Source: Thermoplasmatota archaeon (lineage in GTDB: Archaea > Thermoplasmatota > Poseidoniia > Poseidoniales > Poseidoniaceae). From it: DNA of 54,912 bases. Below the pieces are notes generated by a model, which was not told the DNA's origin, searched no databases, and saw only the letters and a list, made by a program, of their open reading frames with translations. Both the position numbers and the translations under genes were made by a program. The first letter of the stretch is position 1. Every line of letters starts with the position of its first letter. Positions 27,497 through 35,751 of this stretch are shown piece after piece. The stretch is from the NCBI GenBank assembly GCA_036160375.1, contig JAYYDY010000031.1, positions 1 to 54,912 on the forward strand, read 5' to 3'.

Positions 27497-27712
27497 ATGG
27501 ATGAGCCTACGGAACGACCAGGGAGCAGGGACATCACGCCTCTTCCGCGATCCAAGGTGGAGAAAAAGCGAGTTCTGCTTCGGATTGACCCTGCGCTTCA
27601 CAACGACCTTCGTGTGTGGGCGGAAGATGATTTTCGTTCCATCAACGCGCAAATTGAATTCTTGTTGAAACAAGCCGTTACCAAGCGAAAGGAGCCAAAG
27701 GCCAACCGTTAG
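27497..27712 (+). CDS. ribbon-helix-helix (Arc/MetJ/CopG-type) DNA-binding protein
   Basis: 21 nt after the SPFH stop. KRVLLRIDPALHNDLRVWAEDDFRSINAQIEFLLKQAV has the beta-strand/helix/helix pattern of Arc-like repressors. 71 aa. Confidence 0.65.
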   Translation: MDEPTERPGSRDITPLPRSKVEKKRVLLRIDPALHNDLRVWAEDDFRSINAQIEFLLKQAVTKRKEPKANR

Positions 27713-27716
27713 CCGC

Positions 27717-28193
27717 TCAGGCCTCAGCGCGGGGGTCTTTCGGACCTTCCGTACGCTGAATTTCCACGCCGTGGTTTTCCAAGTAGCCCACGCCGTTTTC
27801 ACCCATGAACCCGCCGTCGACGATGACCACACGCTCAATGCCGGCGTGGTGGATGAGTTTAGCGCACATCATGCAGGGCTCACCGGTGACGATGAGCCAG
27901 GCGTTGTTGGTCGGCACGCCGTTGGCCGCGGCATTGCAGATGAGGTTCATCTCGGCGTGATGGCAGCCGATTTCGACCCGCGTACCCGAGGTGATGTTCA
28001 TGGTGTCGCGAAGGCATTCCTCGCCACCGCACAACCGTCCACCGCCCCGAGGTCCGCCGTTGTAGCCGTCCATCAGCACCACGTTGCGCTTGGGGTCGAC
28101 CAGCAGGGCGCCGAAGGTACGGCGAGGGCAGTTGGAGGCCTCAGCGAGGGCAAGGCACTGCTGAATGCGGATGGCCAAGTGCTTGTCCTTCAC
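27717..28193 (-). CDS. dCMP deaminase (ComEB/cytidine-deoxycytidylate deaminase family)
   Basis: Zinc motifs CHHAEMN and PCMMCAKLI. GTG start at 28193 (no in-frame ATG upstream). Lies downstream of folC on the same strand. Confidence 0.85.
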   Translation of the reverse strand: MKDKHLAIRIQQCLALAEASNCPRRTFGALLVDPKRNVVLMDGYNGGPRGGGRLCGGEECLRDTMNITSGTRVEIGCHHAEMNLICNAAANGVPTNNAWLIVTGEPCMMCAKLIHHAGIERVVIVDGGFMGENGVGYLENHGVEIQRTEGPKDPRAEA

Positions 28194-28228
28194 GGTCTCA
28201 CCGTTCCGCTTGGTCGGGTTCCAGCGTT

Positions 28229-29545
28229 TCAGTCCTTCGCCACGATGGCCAGGGCTTCGTCGTCGTCAGCACCCAGCGCTTGAAGCACGTTGCCCTGGAG
28301 GTAGAGCGAGCCGATGCACAACACGTTGTGGGTTGCGCCAACGCCGGGCGCTCCTGCTTCAATCCATGCGACGGCGTCGTCAGGCTGCGGGAAGGAAACG
28401 GTCACCTCAACGCTTTGGTCGGCAAGCGCCGCCTCCAAGGCTGGACACGGCACTCCCGGGTAGCGGCCGAATTGGGGTTCGGTCAACACCACGGCTGCCG
28501 GGGGATGCTGCTTACAGAGGTCGACCAACGGTGACAGCATGGCCTCCATGTCTGCCTGTGGCGTGCTTCCAAGGAGCAGCACCCACGGTTGCGTCCAGCG
28601 ATCATCATCCATCAGTTCCCTGCAGGACACCTCCATCCCGCTGGGGTTGTGCGCTCCCTCCAGCAACCAGATGTTCCCCGAACCTTGGCTGTGAATCTCC
28701 TGCATGCGACCCGGCCATCGTAGTCCGCGTATTTCTGACATGGCATGATTATCCGCGCACGTGAGGTGCTTCCACGTTGCAGCAGCCAGCAGGTTGGCTT
28801 CATCGAAGTACGTCGCTCCATCGGGCACCTCAACCCAGTGCAGGGATGCAGGGCCTTGCATGCCCTCGATGGTGAGGTGGCCGGCGTTCTTGGCGACGCT
28901 CTCAATGCGAGCCCGAGCCGCTGGGTCATGGACGGCCCTAACGATCAGCGGTTTCCCGGGCCTTGCGATGGCGGCCTTCTCTCCGGCGATGGCTTCCAAG
29001 GTATCACCGAGGACGTCGATGTGTTCGAGGCTGAGTGAGGTGATGACGGCAACATCGGCGGGAACGGTACGCGTGGCGTCCAACCGGCCGCCAAGGCCGG
29101 TCTCCAACAGCACGACATCCGGCTGACGGTCAGCAGCGACGACCAGGGCCACCAGCAAGGTTACTTCGAAGAAGGTCAAGCTGATGCCCGTCGTTGTGGC
29201 CATTGAGTGAACGCGGGCGAGCGCCTCATCAAAGGTGGCCGAGTCGATTGGTGTTCCGTTGAGGCGTACGCGTTCTTCCACGCGAACGAGGTGAGGCGAC
29301 GTGAAGGCGATGTGCTGCAGGCCGACCTCGGTGAGGGCCGCACCCAGCGTGGCGACGGTGGTGCCTTTCCCGTTGCTTCCCGCCACGTGGACGGTCTCGT
29401 AGGTGGGTGATGGAAGCTCCAGCGCTGCAATGGCCTTGGCGGTGTTGGCGAGGCCCAAGGCCATGCCTTTTGATTTGGTGGATTCAAGCCACGTTCGTGC
29501 TTGTTCACCCTCCACCATGGGCAAGAACAGCCGCCTCTTCTCCAT
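28229..29545 (-). CDS. folC: folylpolyglutamate synthase / dihydrofolate synthase (Mur-ligase family)
   Basis: VHVAGSNGKGTTVATLGAAL P-loop, FTSPHLVRVEERVRLNG, VLLETGLGGRLDATR. ATG at 29545. Confidence 0.85.
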   Translation of the reverse strand: MEKRRLFLPMVEGEQARTWLESTKSKGMALGLANTAKAIAALELPSPTYETVHVAGSNGKGTTVATLGAALTEVGLQHIAFTSPHLVRVEERVRLNGTPIDSATFDEALARVHSMATTTGISLTFFEVTLLVALVVAADRQPDVVLLETGLGGRLDATRTVPADVAVITSLSLEHIDVLGDTLEAIAGEKAAIARPGKPLIVRAVHDPAARARIESVAKNAGHLTIEGMQGPASLHWVEVPDGATYFDEANLLAAATWKHLTCADNHAMSEIRGLRWPGRMQEIHSQGSGNIWLLEGAHNPSGMEVSCRELMDDDRWTQPWVLLLGSTPQADMEAMLSPLVDLCKQHPPAAVVLTEPQFGRYPGVPCPALEAALADQSVEVTVSFPQPDDAVAWIEAGAPGVGATHNVLCIGSLYLQGNVLQALGADDDEALAIVAKD

Positions 29546-29562
29546 GGCTCTTTTCCTCGGGT

Positions 29563-29581
29563 GTTCTTCCTACGGAAGAAC
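29563..29581. promoter_or_regulatory. perfect palindrome gttcttcc-tac-ggaagaac in the 47-nt divergent folC / presenilin-like spacer
   Basis: 8-bp arms are exact reverse complements. The palindrome occupies 19 of the 47 intergenic bases, 12 nt before ATG 29593. Confidence 0.4.
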
Positions 29582-29592
29582 GCGACGCTGAT

Positions 29593-31830
29593 ATGGAAGA
29601 GGGAAGTGGCAAGACCATGAGCGATGCTGATGCCGGTGAGGGACGTGAGGTCTCGCAGCGGTTTGCCGATGTCGAAGATGAACTTCGACAAGGCGACAAC
29701 CTCGGTGCGCTGATGGCCGAACAGTGGCGCGGCATGGCCGGCATGGCGGGTATGTTCGTCGCCACAATCGCTCTCGCCATGTACATCCGCCCGTATTACG
29801 ACGTGGGCGAACTTCACGCCTTCGGGGCGTCGGGTGCAACTCAAGTCCGCTGGGTGCTCATGGAACTCATCGCCATCTTCGCCTTCACGGCGCTGATCAT
29901 TTTCCTTGCTCGCTGGGGCAAGCAGTACCTCATCAAGTACGGCATGTACGTTGTGTTGACGCTGGCCCTCATGTACACCATGGTGCCGCTGGCCCACATG
30001 CTGGTGCTGGACTTTGACACCGACCCCTTCGTCGTGGAATCCACTGAAGAGCGCAATGGCGTCATGTTGGGCACCTGGGGCGACGACGGCTTCATTCTGT
30101 ACAACATCAGTTCTGGGGACGTGAACACCAGTGTGGACATCACCGCTTGGGACGCCTCCAACGGCTACGCAGAACCCGTTTGGACCAACACCCACGCCCA
30201 TCAGGTCAACGATGTGAATTCACCGGTGAGCATGACCTCGTCGGCCGAGCACCTCACCTTTGCTTCGGGCGCCTACGCATGGTCCGTGGACATTGACTCG
30301 GGCGAACTGATCGAGAGTTTTGCTTGCTACATGGTGGACAACGGCGAACCAGTTCCCCTCGACAACATGTTCGGTGGTTGCGCCATCGCGGTGTCAACCG
30401 AGGACGCCATCTACCTCGCCAACCCCTTTGACGAATTGATTCGCTACCGCACCTTCGATGAGAGCCCTGGCGTCCTGACACAGGAAGCACGCTGGCGCAT
30501 TCCGGGTTTCCTGACCGGTGATGGCGTGGTGAAGAGCCACTTGCTGGACGCTGACGAGTGGTCGTTGACCACTGCGGCCCAATCAGCCAGCGTGTTGCTT
30601 GAGACCACTTCGCCTTCGCTGGGCCTTGGCCTTGGCGGGTTGAACAACGCCACCTACCTGACCCAGCATGCTCCGGCCGCCAACGGCTCGTTCACCACGG
30701 TTGACATCGGCTGGTCGCCGTTCTTGGGTCAAACCATCGAGGAGGCGAAATCTCAGCCTGACACCCGTCATCAGCAGCTCATCCTGCTCGGTGAATCCAC
30801 GGGCGCCATCACCGGCGTGGAATGGAACGGCAGCATGGACGGGGAGGACGCCTACACCGTTCAAGACCGCATGAACCTCAACGGCTTGGTCAGCAGCGTA
30901 TCGTCGGTTCGCATCACGGATTTGGACAACTCCAGCTACAGCGACCTGCTTGTGGTTGGCGACGGTCAAGCCCACTGGCTCTACACGCCCTCGCTCATCA
31001 ACCGGGCCAGTTTCCCGGTGGCCGAGGATGCCGAGGCCGCTTTCTTTGCCCTCGAGGGCGACGAGGCCGACTTGGTGGTGCTCAGTTCTGTTGAAGGCGC
31101 CGCAGCCACGCTGGTTGAGCGCGGTGAATTGACCACCGACATGTTCCCGCTTTACGGGCTGCAACTGCTTACCGGACCCACTTTGGCCGGTTTGGTGGCC
31201 ACGCTGCTTCTCCTCGTGCTCCTTGTGGTTCACAGCGAGTGGTACGTCGTGAACACCACCGGTGTCCTGCTCGGGGCCGGGGTTTGCGTGATGCTGGGCG
31301 TGACGTTTGTTCCCGCCCTGGCGATTTTGTTCATGATCCTGGCCGCCGTTTACGACTTTTGGGCGGTCTACAAATCAAAGCATATGCTCGACCTTGCCGA
31401 CACCATGGTGGGCCTGCGGTTACCCATCCTGCTCGTTGCCCCGCAAGGCAGCGACTACTCCCTCATCGAGGAAACCGAACGTGCCAAGCGCCCGGTCTCC
31501 ACGGAGCCGCGCGCCGCTCCCGTTGCCGCCAAACCCAAGCGAGCAAAGAAGGGCAGTGAAGCCATGTTCATGGGCTTGGGCGACATCATTTTCCCGGGCA
31601 TGCTGGTGCTGTCTGCCATCCAATGGTTGGACGAGAGTGCAGCGTTTGAGGTCGCCATGGCGACGCTGGTGGGCTCGCTGCTCGGCTACCTCGCCCTCAT
31701 GACCTACGTGGCACGAGGCAAGGCTCAGGCCGGTTTGCCATTGCTCAACGGTGGCGCCATTCTCGGTTTCTTCATTGGCGGGCTGCTTTTCCTCGGCGGC
31801 GATATTTTCAGTTTCAACATCTCGTGGTGA
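29593..31830 (+). CDS. presenilin/signal-peptide-peptidase family (A22-type) intramembrane aspartyl protease homologue with ~380-aa extracytoplasmic insertion
   Basis: Track ORF trimmed to ATG 29593 (upstream part is antisense to folC). Nine predicted TMs. Catalytic YD at 31351-31356 (LAAVYDFWAVY), GLGD at 31573-31584 (MFMGLGDIIFPG), PAL-like GLPLLNGGAILG near the C-terminus. Sequon-containing insertion between TM3 and TM4 (about 30013-31159). Confidence 0.75.
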   Translation: MEEGSGKTMSDADAGEGREVSQRFADVEDELRQGDNLGALMAEQWRGMAGMAGMFVATIALAMYIRPYYDVGELHAFGASGATQVRWVLMELIAIFAFTALIIFLARWGKQYLIKYGMYVVLTLALMYTMVPLAHMLVLDFDTDPFVVESTEERNGVMLGTWGDDGFILYNISSGDVNTSVDITAWDASNGYAEPVWTNTHAHQVNDVNSPVSMTSSAEHLTFASGAYAWSVDIDSGELIESFACYMVDNGEPVPLDNMFGGCAIAVSTEDAIYLANPFDELIRYRTFDESPGVLTQEARWRIPGFLTGDGVVKSHLLDADEWSLTTAAQSASVLLETTSPSLGLGLGGLNNATYLTQHAPAANGSFTTVDIGWSPFLGQTIEEAKSQPDTRHQQLILLGESTGAITGVEWNGSMDGEDAYTVQDRMNLNGLVSSVSSVRITDLDNSSYSDLLVVGDGQAHWLYTPSLINRASFPVAEDAEAAFFALEGDEADLVVLSSVEGAAATLVERGELTTDMFPLYGLQLLTGPTLAGLVATLLLLVLLVVHSEWYVVNTTGVLLGAGVCVMLGVTFVPALAILFMILAAVYDFWAVYKSKHMLDLADTMVGLRLPILLVAPQGSDYSLIEETERAKRPVSTEPRAAPVAAKPKRAKKGSEAMFMGLGDIIFPGMLVLSAIQWLDESAAFEVAMATLVGSLLGYLALMTYVARGKAQAGLPLLNGGAILGFFIGGLLFLGGDIFSFNISW

Positions 31831-31835
31831 TTCCT

Positions 31836-33128
31836 ATGCTTGACATGAACATGTTCCGAGAACACGCTGACGTTGTTCGTGCCGACCACACGAAGCGTGG
31901 CCTGTCCCACGACAACATCGACAAGGTCATCGAACTCGACCTGACTTGGCGCAACCTGCTCCACGAGACCGATCAGCTTCGACGCGCCAAGAACGAGGCC
32001 GCTCGGGGCATTGGTGCAGCCAAGAAGGCCGGCGACCAGGCCGCTGCCGAAGCCATCCTTGCTGAGGTGGCCGACCTCGGTGCGAAGATCGCCGAAATGG
32101 AGGCCAAGACCAACGAGGCGATGGCCGTCCGCGACCGGCTTCGCATGTCGATTCCCAACATCCTTCACGCCGACGTGCCTGTTGGCGAGGACGAGTCGGG
32201 CAACACCGTTCATGCCGTGCACGGCACCAAGCCTGAGTTCACCTTTGAGCCACGAACCCACAACGAACTCATTGAGATGAACAAGTGGGTCGACCTCAAG
32301 CGTGCCGCCAAGATCACGGGCAGCCGCTTCTACTTCCTGAAAGGCGACCTTGCACGAATGGAATTCGCCCTCCAGCAGTACGCCGTGAACTTCCTGCGTG
32401 AGCGCGCCTACACCTTCGTCCAGCCTCCTGTCATGATGAACCGGGAAGCCTACGAGGGGGTCACCGATTTGGGCGATTTCGAGACCGTCATGTACGGGAT
32501 TGAACCGGACAAGTACTACATGATCGCCACTTCGGAGCACCCGCTCACGGCCATGTACATGGACGAAACCATTCCCGAAGAGCAGATGCCGCTGCGTATG
32601 GTCGGTGTGTCGCAGTGCTTCCGCCGAGAAGTCGGTAGCCACGGTCAGAGCGACTTGGGTATCTGGCGGGTGCACCAGTTCACCAAGATTGAACAAATCA
32701 TCATCTCGAAGCCCGAAGATTCCTGGGCGCTTCACGAAGAGTTGCTCCAGAATTGCGTCGACTTGTGGAACAGCCTCGGTATTCACTACGAAGTGGTCAA
32801 CATCTGCACCGGTGACATGGGCACGGTGGCCTCGAAGAAATACGACCTTGAAGCGTGGATTCCCGGCGCTGACCAGTACAAGGAAATCGTCTCCTGTTCC
32901 AACTGCACCGACTACCAAGCCAACCGGTTGAGCATCCGATACGGCCAACCCGGTCACCCCAACCAACCCATCGTCCACACCCTCAATTCCACCGCTGTGG
33001 CCACCTCTCGAGCGTTGGTCGCCATCATGGAGCAGTACCAACTCGATGACGGTCGCGTGGCCGTGCCGGAAGTTCTTCAGCCCTACATGGGCGGTCAAAC
33101 GGTGTTGGAACCGTGTGACTGGGGTTGA
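31836..33128 (+). CDS. serS: seryl-tRNA synthetase
   Basis: Trimmed to ATG 31836 (MLDMNMFREHADVVRADHTKRG, typical SerS N-terminus). Class II motifs (SQCFRREVGSHG, ...TLNSTAVATSRALVAIMEQYQ). Confidence 0.95.
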   Translation: MLDMNMFREHADVVRADHTKRGLSHDNIDKVIELDLTWRNLLHETDQLRRAKNEAARGIGAAKKAGDQAAAEAILAEVADLGAKIAEMEAKTNEAMAVRDRLRMSIPNILHADVPVGEDESGNTVHAVHGTKPEFTFEPRTHNELIEMNKWVDLKRAAKITGSRFYFLKGDLARMEFALQQYAVNFLRERAYTFVQPPVMMNREAYEGVTDLGDFETVMYGIEPDKYYMIATSEHPLTAMYMDETIPEEQMPLRMVGVSQCFRREVGSHGQSDLGIWRVHQFTKIEQIIISKPEDSWALHEELLQNCVDLWNSLGIHYEVVNICTGDMGTVASKKYDLEAWIPGADQYKEIVSCSNCTDYQANRLSIRYGQPGHPNQPIVHTLNSTAVATSRALVAIMEQYQLDDGRVAVPEVLQPYMGGQTVLEPCDWG

Positions 33129-33160
33129 ATGGACGCCCGCCTGTTGCAACGGGGAGTCGT

Positions 33161-33373
33161 TCACGACTGGGCCGGCTGAAGGTCAATGGCGCAGGTGTTG
33201 CGGTTGAGCAAGCCGTTGAACGGGCAGTAGCCAAAGGCTGAGGTCAGAACGCCCCACAAACCGACGAGCAGGAACACGATTTCGATCTGCACCGACGCGA
33301 GGAAATCAACGATAACAACGCCCGAACCGAACACGGCACGCAACGCTCGTTCTTTCCCTCCAACGTTCTTCAT
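33161..33373 (-). CDS. DUF2892 (YgaP-like) small membrane protein
   Basis: MKNVGGKERALRAVFG ... GYCPFNGLLNRNTC matches the DUF2892 pattern (N.g..eR..R...G ... CP.y.l.g..TC). 70 aa. Confidence 0.75.
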   Translation of the reverse strand: MKNVGGKERALRAVFGSGVVIVDFLASVQIEIVFLLVGLWGVLTSAFGYCPFNGLLNRNTCAIDLQPAQS

Positions 33374-33463
33374 CTGTCCGAATTTCTACGGTTTCTGCAC
33401 TTAATGCATTGTTTGAGCGATGCTGCAAATGCTCATTCCTTTGGGTGCCGATCGTTCGCCGCA

Positions 33464-33676
33464 TCAGTACTTGGGGACCTTCTCTCCACGGATGCAGTGG
33501 TCCACGACGGTGGTGATCCGCTTCTCCTTGGTGGCCTCCCGCTTGGCTTTGGCAATCCATTCCAGAATGTTGCGTCGGTAGGAGGGCGCTGCCCCGTCCC
33601 ACCACGACGTCGCTCTGCCAGCCCTGAGGGCGCTGATGAGTGCTTCAGGTTCAACCAGTTCGTCAAGACCAACCAT
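33464..33676 (-). CDS. YdeI/OmpD-associated (OmdA-type) family small protein
   Basis: Track ORF trimmed to ATG 33676 (70 aa). PSYRRNILEWIAKAKREATKEKRITTVV matches the family motif (pS.rr.yl.wi..AKr.eTr.kRi). It has its own TATA-like box upstream. Confidence 0.65.
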   Translation of the reverse strand: MVGLDELVEPEALISALRAGRATSWWDGAAPSYRRNILEWIAKAKREATKEKRITTVVDHCIRGEKVPKY

Positions 33677-33694
33677 GGTTAGAAAATCACCTTT

Positions 33695-33706
33695 CAATAT
33701 ATCAAG
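33695..33706 (-). promoter_or_regulatory. TATA-like box (minus strand cttgatatattg) for the YdeI-like gene
   Basis: 20-30 nt upstream of ATG 33676 on the minus strand. Same GATAT core as the tuf box. Confidence 0.4.
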
Positions 33707-33744
33707 AATCGTCTCCAACCAAGCCAAACGCGCCGTTTTGGCGC

Positions 33745-34158
33745 TCAACTCGAATACGAAACCAAGGCGACGATCAACCCGAGCGCCACGTAGGCGACCA
33801 CCGCCAAAATCATGCCGTAGACCGTCCCTGCGGCCCCGATGGTGAATTGCAACCTTCGTCTTGTGGTTTGCAAGTTGCCCTTCACGGGATGGTCCGGTGT
33901 GTCGGTCAATTCCTTGAGCAGCCGCTCCGTTTCTCGGTACACCGAAATGGCGGATAGGAAGGGGATGGTGAGGAACAGGAGTGCCATCAGGAGCTTGGGT
34001 TGGGATTCGTGAAAGAACCACAAGGCACCAACCGTGAGGGCAACGTAGGACACCATGAGCCAGCGAGCCTGTTGACCGAGCCGTTCGGCTCGTTCTCCTG
34101 CACCAAGAGGAAGAGGCGGTACCCCAGCGGTTGCATCCTCCATCGTCTCCGCCGCCAT
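33745..34158 (-). CDS. hypothetical three-TM membrane protein
   Basis: Track ORF 33745..34206 trimmed to ATG 34158, 10 nt after the glycosyltransferase stop (ATG 34143 also possible). Three hydrophobic helices (WLMVSYVALTVGALWFF, LLMALLFLTIPFLSAISVY, GTVYGMILAVVAYVALGLIVALV). No family recognised. Confidence 0.45.
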   Translation of the reverse strand: MAAETMEDATAGVPPLPLGAGERAERLGQQARWLMVSYVALTVGALWFFHESQPKLLMALLFLTIPFLSAISVYRETERLLKELTDTPDHPVKGNLQTTRRRLQFTIGAAGTVYGMILAVVAYVALGLIVALVSYSS

Positions 34159-34168
34159 CCAAAGACCT

Positions 34169-35230
34169 CTATGCAGGCGTTGACTGCCCTTCGTGAAGCG
34201 CTTCAATCAATTCAACCGTCCTGATGCGTCCGGAGGTGTCGGCTGTACGGTCAATGCCCTGTGAAGGGACGGGGATGGTTGCATCGGGATGAAACATGGC
34301 GTACTGGTCCGGCCGTGCTGTCATTTGCATCTCCGCGTTGATCTCCTGCTCGAACTGCTTTGGCGTGGGCGTCATCAACACAGGAATTCCGAGCTGCATC
34401 GTCTCGGCCATGAACTGGTTGCCCGGCGTTGCCACGGCGAAATCGGCGGTACTGACGGCCTCGAGGAAGCCCGATTCCGAGGTTGGTTGATGGTCGAGCC
34501 AAGCGTAGCCATCCACCATCGAAGGGGGGATGCCGAACACCTTGCCGCGCTTTTGCTCTCGCTCGGCAAGTTGGTTAATCCCGGCCAGTGAAGCCTGCAG
34601 CATCGGGCACGAATAGACGACGAAATGCTCACCTTGTGGTTTCCATGTGAGGCTTTCAACTTCTTTTCGGAGAATCGCCCCCACGAAGGTTGCTTTGCTT
34701 TTGGGCCGTTTCTTCACCAGAATTTTCCCGACGATACGGAAGTCAGCGGTGGGTGAGAACCTCCGAACAATCCAACCACCTCCTTTGACCTGGATGCGGT
34801 GGGCAAGGCTGGTTCCCTTTGGCAGGGGGCTTGAGAGGAAAAATTCCTGGCTGTTGACGGCCACGTGTGGAACGCCGAGCGCTTTGGAAACCTGCCACAT
34901 CAGGGGTTCGTAATCGGAGACGGTCATGTCGGGTTGCCATTCCTTCATGTGCGCAATCACCGGTTGAGCAAGCTTCCGTCGGCTGAAGAGGAACTTTCTG
35001 TTCCCCATCACGGTTCTCCAAAGTGATAGCCTGCCGTTTTTGACGTAGTACCTTGGCATCTTGGTTCGCAACACGCGCTCCTCACCGAATCGTGCAACGA
35101 GCAACTCCTCGGCGTCGCCGTCCGTGCAGAACAGCACGTCATGGCCTCGGTCAATGAGTTCCTGACCGATGGCGATGGCGCGCGCAGCATGACCGCGTGT
35201 CATGCCAACCAACCCGTAGCAAATGCGCAT
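34169..35230 (-). CDS. glycosyltransferase, MurG/MGT-like (GT-B fold; resembles the archaeal MJ1255-type family)
   Basis: MRICYGLVGMTRGHAARAIAIGQELIDRGHDVLF is the typical N-terminal Gly-rich/His motif of this GT family. The C-terminal half has ATPGNQFMAETMQLGIPVLMTP, the nucleotide-sugar binding region. Confidence 0.75.
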   Translation of the reverse strand: MRICYGLVGMTRGHAARAIAIGQELIDRGHDVLFCTDGDAEELLVARFGEERVLRTKMPRYYVKNGRLSLWRTVMGNRKFLFSRRKLAQPVIAHMKEWQPDMTVSDYEPLMWQVSKALGVPHVAVNSQEFFLSSPLPKGTSLAHRIQVKGGGWIVRRFSPTADFRIVGKILVKKRPKSKATFVGAILRKEVESLTWKPQGEHFVVYSCPMLQASLAGINQLAEREQKRGKVFGIPPSMVDGYAWLDHQPTSESGFLEAVSTADFAVATPGNQFMAETMQLGIPVLMTPTPKQFEQEINAEMQMTARPDQYAMFHPDATIPVPSQGIDRTADTSGRIRTVELIEALHEGQSTPA

Positions 35231-35297
35231 GACGTACCCCTCCGTCCCTGCCTACGGGCGCTTATTAGTCCTCAGCCGGCGCTGACGCATCTTGGCA

Positions 35298-35750
35298 TCA
35301 GGCCGTCGAGACCGTCGGTTCAACGTGCTCGCGGGTGACGATCATGCCGATGAGCGCGCCGAGAGGCGCCACGAACATGGAGAGCAGCAGGACCGGGAAC
35401 GAGACGTAGATTGGCTTGTTTGTGGCCACCAAGCGCTGCCAGGTCCAGCGACCCACGAAGAGGTCAAAGGCCAGGTAGTGAAGCCAACCGATCAAAATGA
35501 CCTCTCGCTCAGAGAACATCTCCACCACGATGTCGGGGCTGGGCATGTCGCTCCCCAACAGCACGAGAATGTCGACGAGGTTCGGAAGCACGGCGAGGGT
35601 GTAAGCAGCGGCCAACGGGGCGAGGTAGACCCACTCGTTTCGCATCAGTGCAGCCGTTCGCTCGTGGGTGGGGGCAAACCACATCATCAGCCAGAACGGG
35701 AAGATGTAGATGCTGGAGAACCAAAACAGGATGTCAATCATGGCGACCAT
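35298..35750 (-). CDS. DUF4281 / ABA4-like membrane protein
   Basis: GWLHYLAFDLFVGRW plus four TMs match the ABA4-like family. Trimmed from GTG 35762 to ATG 35750, which lies 1 nt after the TAA (35752-35754) of the upstream thioredoxin-like gene. Confidence 0.75.
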   Translation of the reverse strand: MVAMIDILFWFSSIYIFPFWLMMWFAPTHERTAALMRNEWVYLAPLAAAYTLAVLPNLVDILVLLGSDMPSPDIVVEMFSEREVILIGWLHYLAFDLFVGRWTWQRLVATNKPIYVSFPVLLLSMFVAPLGALIGMIVTREHVEPTVSTA

Positions 35751-35751
35751 G

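Noticed and set aside
24525-27716. An integrated mobile element or prophage remnant at tRNA-Leu.
   Set aside because: I found no integrase/recombinase ORF and no direct repeat of the tRNA 3' end (aatcctgcccccggca) downstream. Apart from the 26442-26542 spacer, the composition looks like the rest of the window. The accessory-island idea is kept only as a hypothesis in the findings.
27717-28193. dCMP/dCTP-type deaminase as a possible nucleotide-depletion antiviral gene, next to the SPFH-RHH module.
   Set aside because: It is a compact ComEB-type enzyme with no extra sensor domains. It sits 35 nt downstream of folC on the same strand (thymidylate/folate metabolism context), and it converges on the module rather than belonging to it.
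31725-33164. A 479-aa stop-free ORF covering the entire antisense strand of seryl-tRNA synthetase. It was tempting in light of the Rodin-Ohno idea of sense/antisense coding of class I and class II synthetases.
   Set aside because: The translation has no class I synthetase motifs (no HIGH/KMSKS-like pattern that I can see). It has the same Arg/Gly/His bias as the other antisense ORFs, and it overlaps the neighbouring genes' ends. I treat it as a GC artefact.
33395-33405. An identical 11-mer ctgcacttaat at 33395-33405 and 45230-45240, each ~30-40 nt upstream of a minus-strand start codon (the DUF2892 and carboxyltransferase genes), suggesting a shared promoter or operator.
   Set aside because: By rough estimate, a few chance 11-mer matches are expected even among only ~3 kb of intergenic DNA on both strands (about 10^7 pairs against 4^11 possibilities). 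The flanks diverge immediately. It is noted but not statistically supportable from this window.
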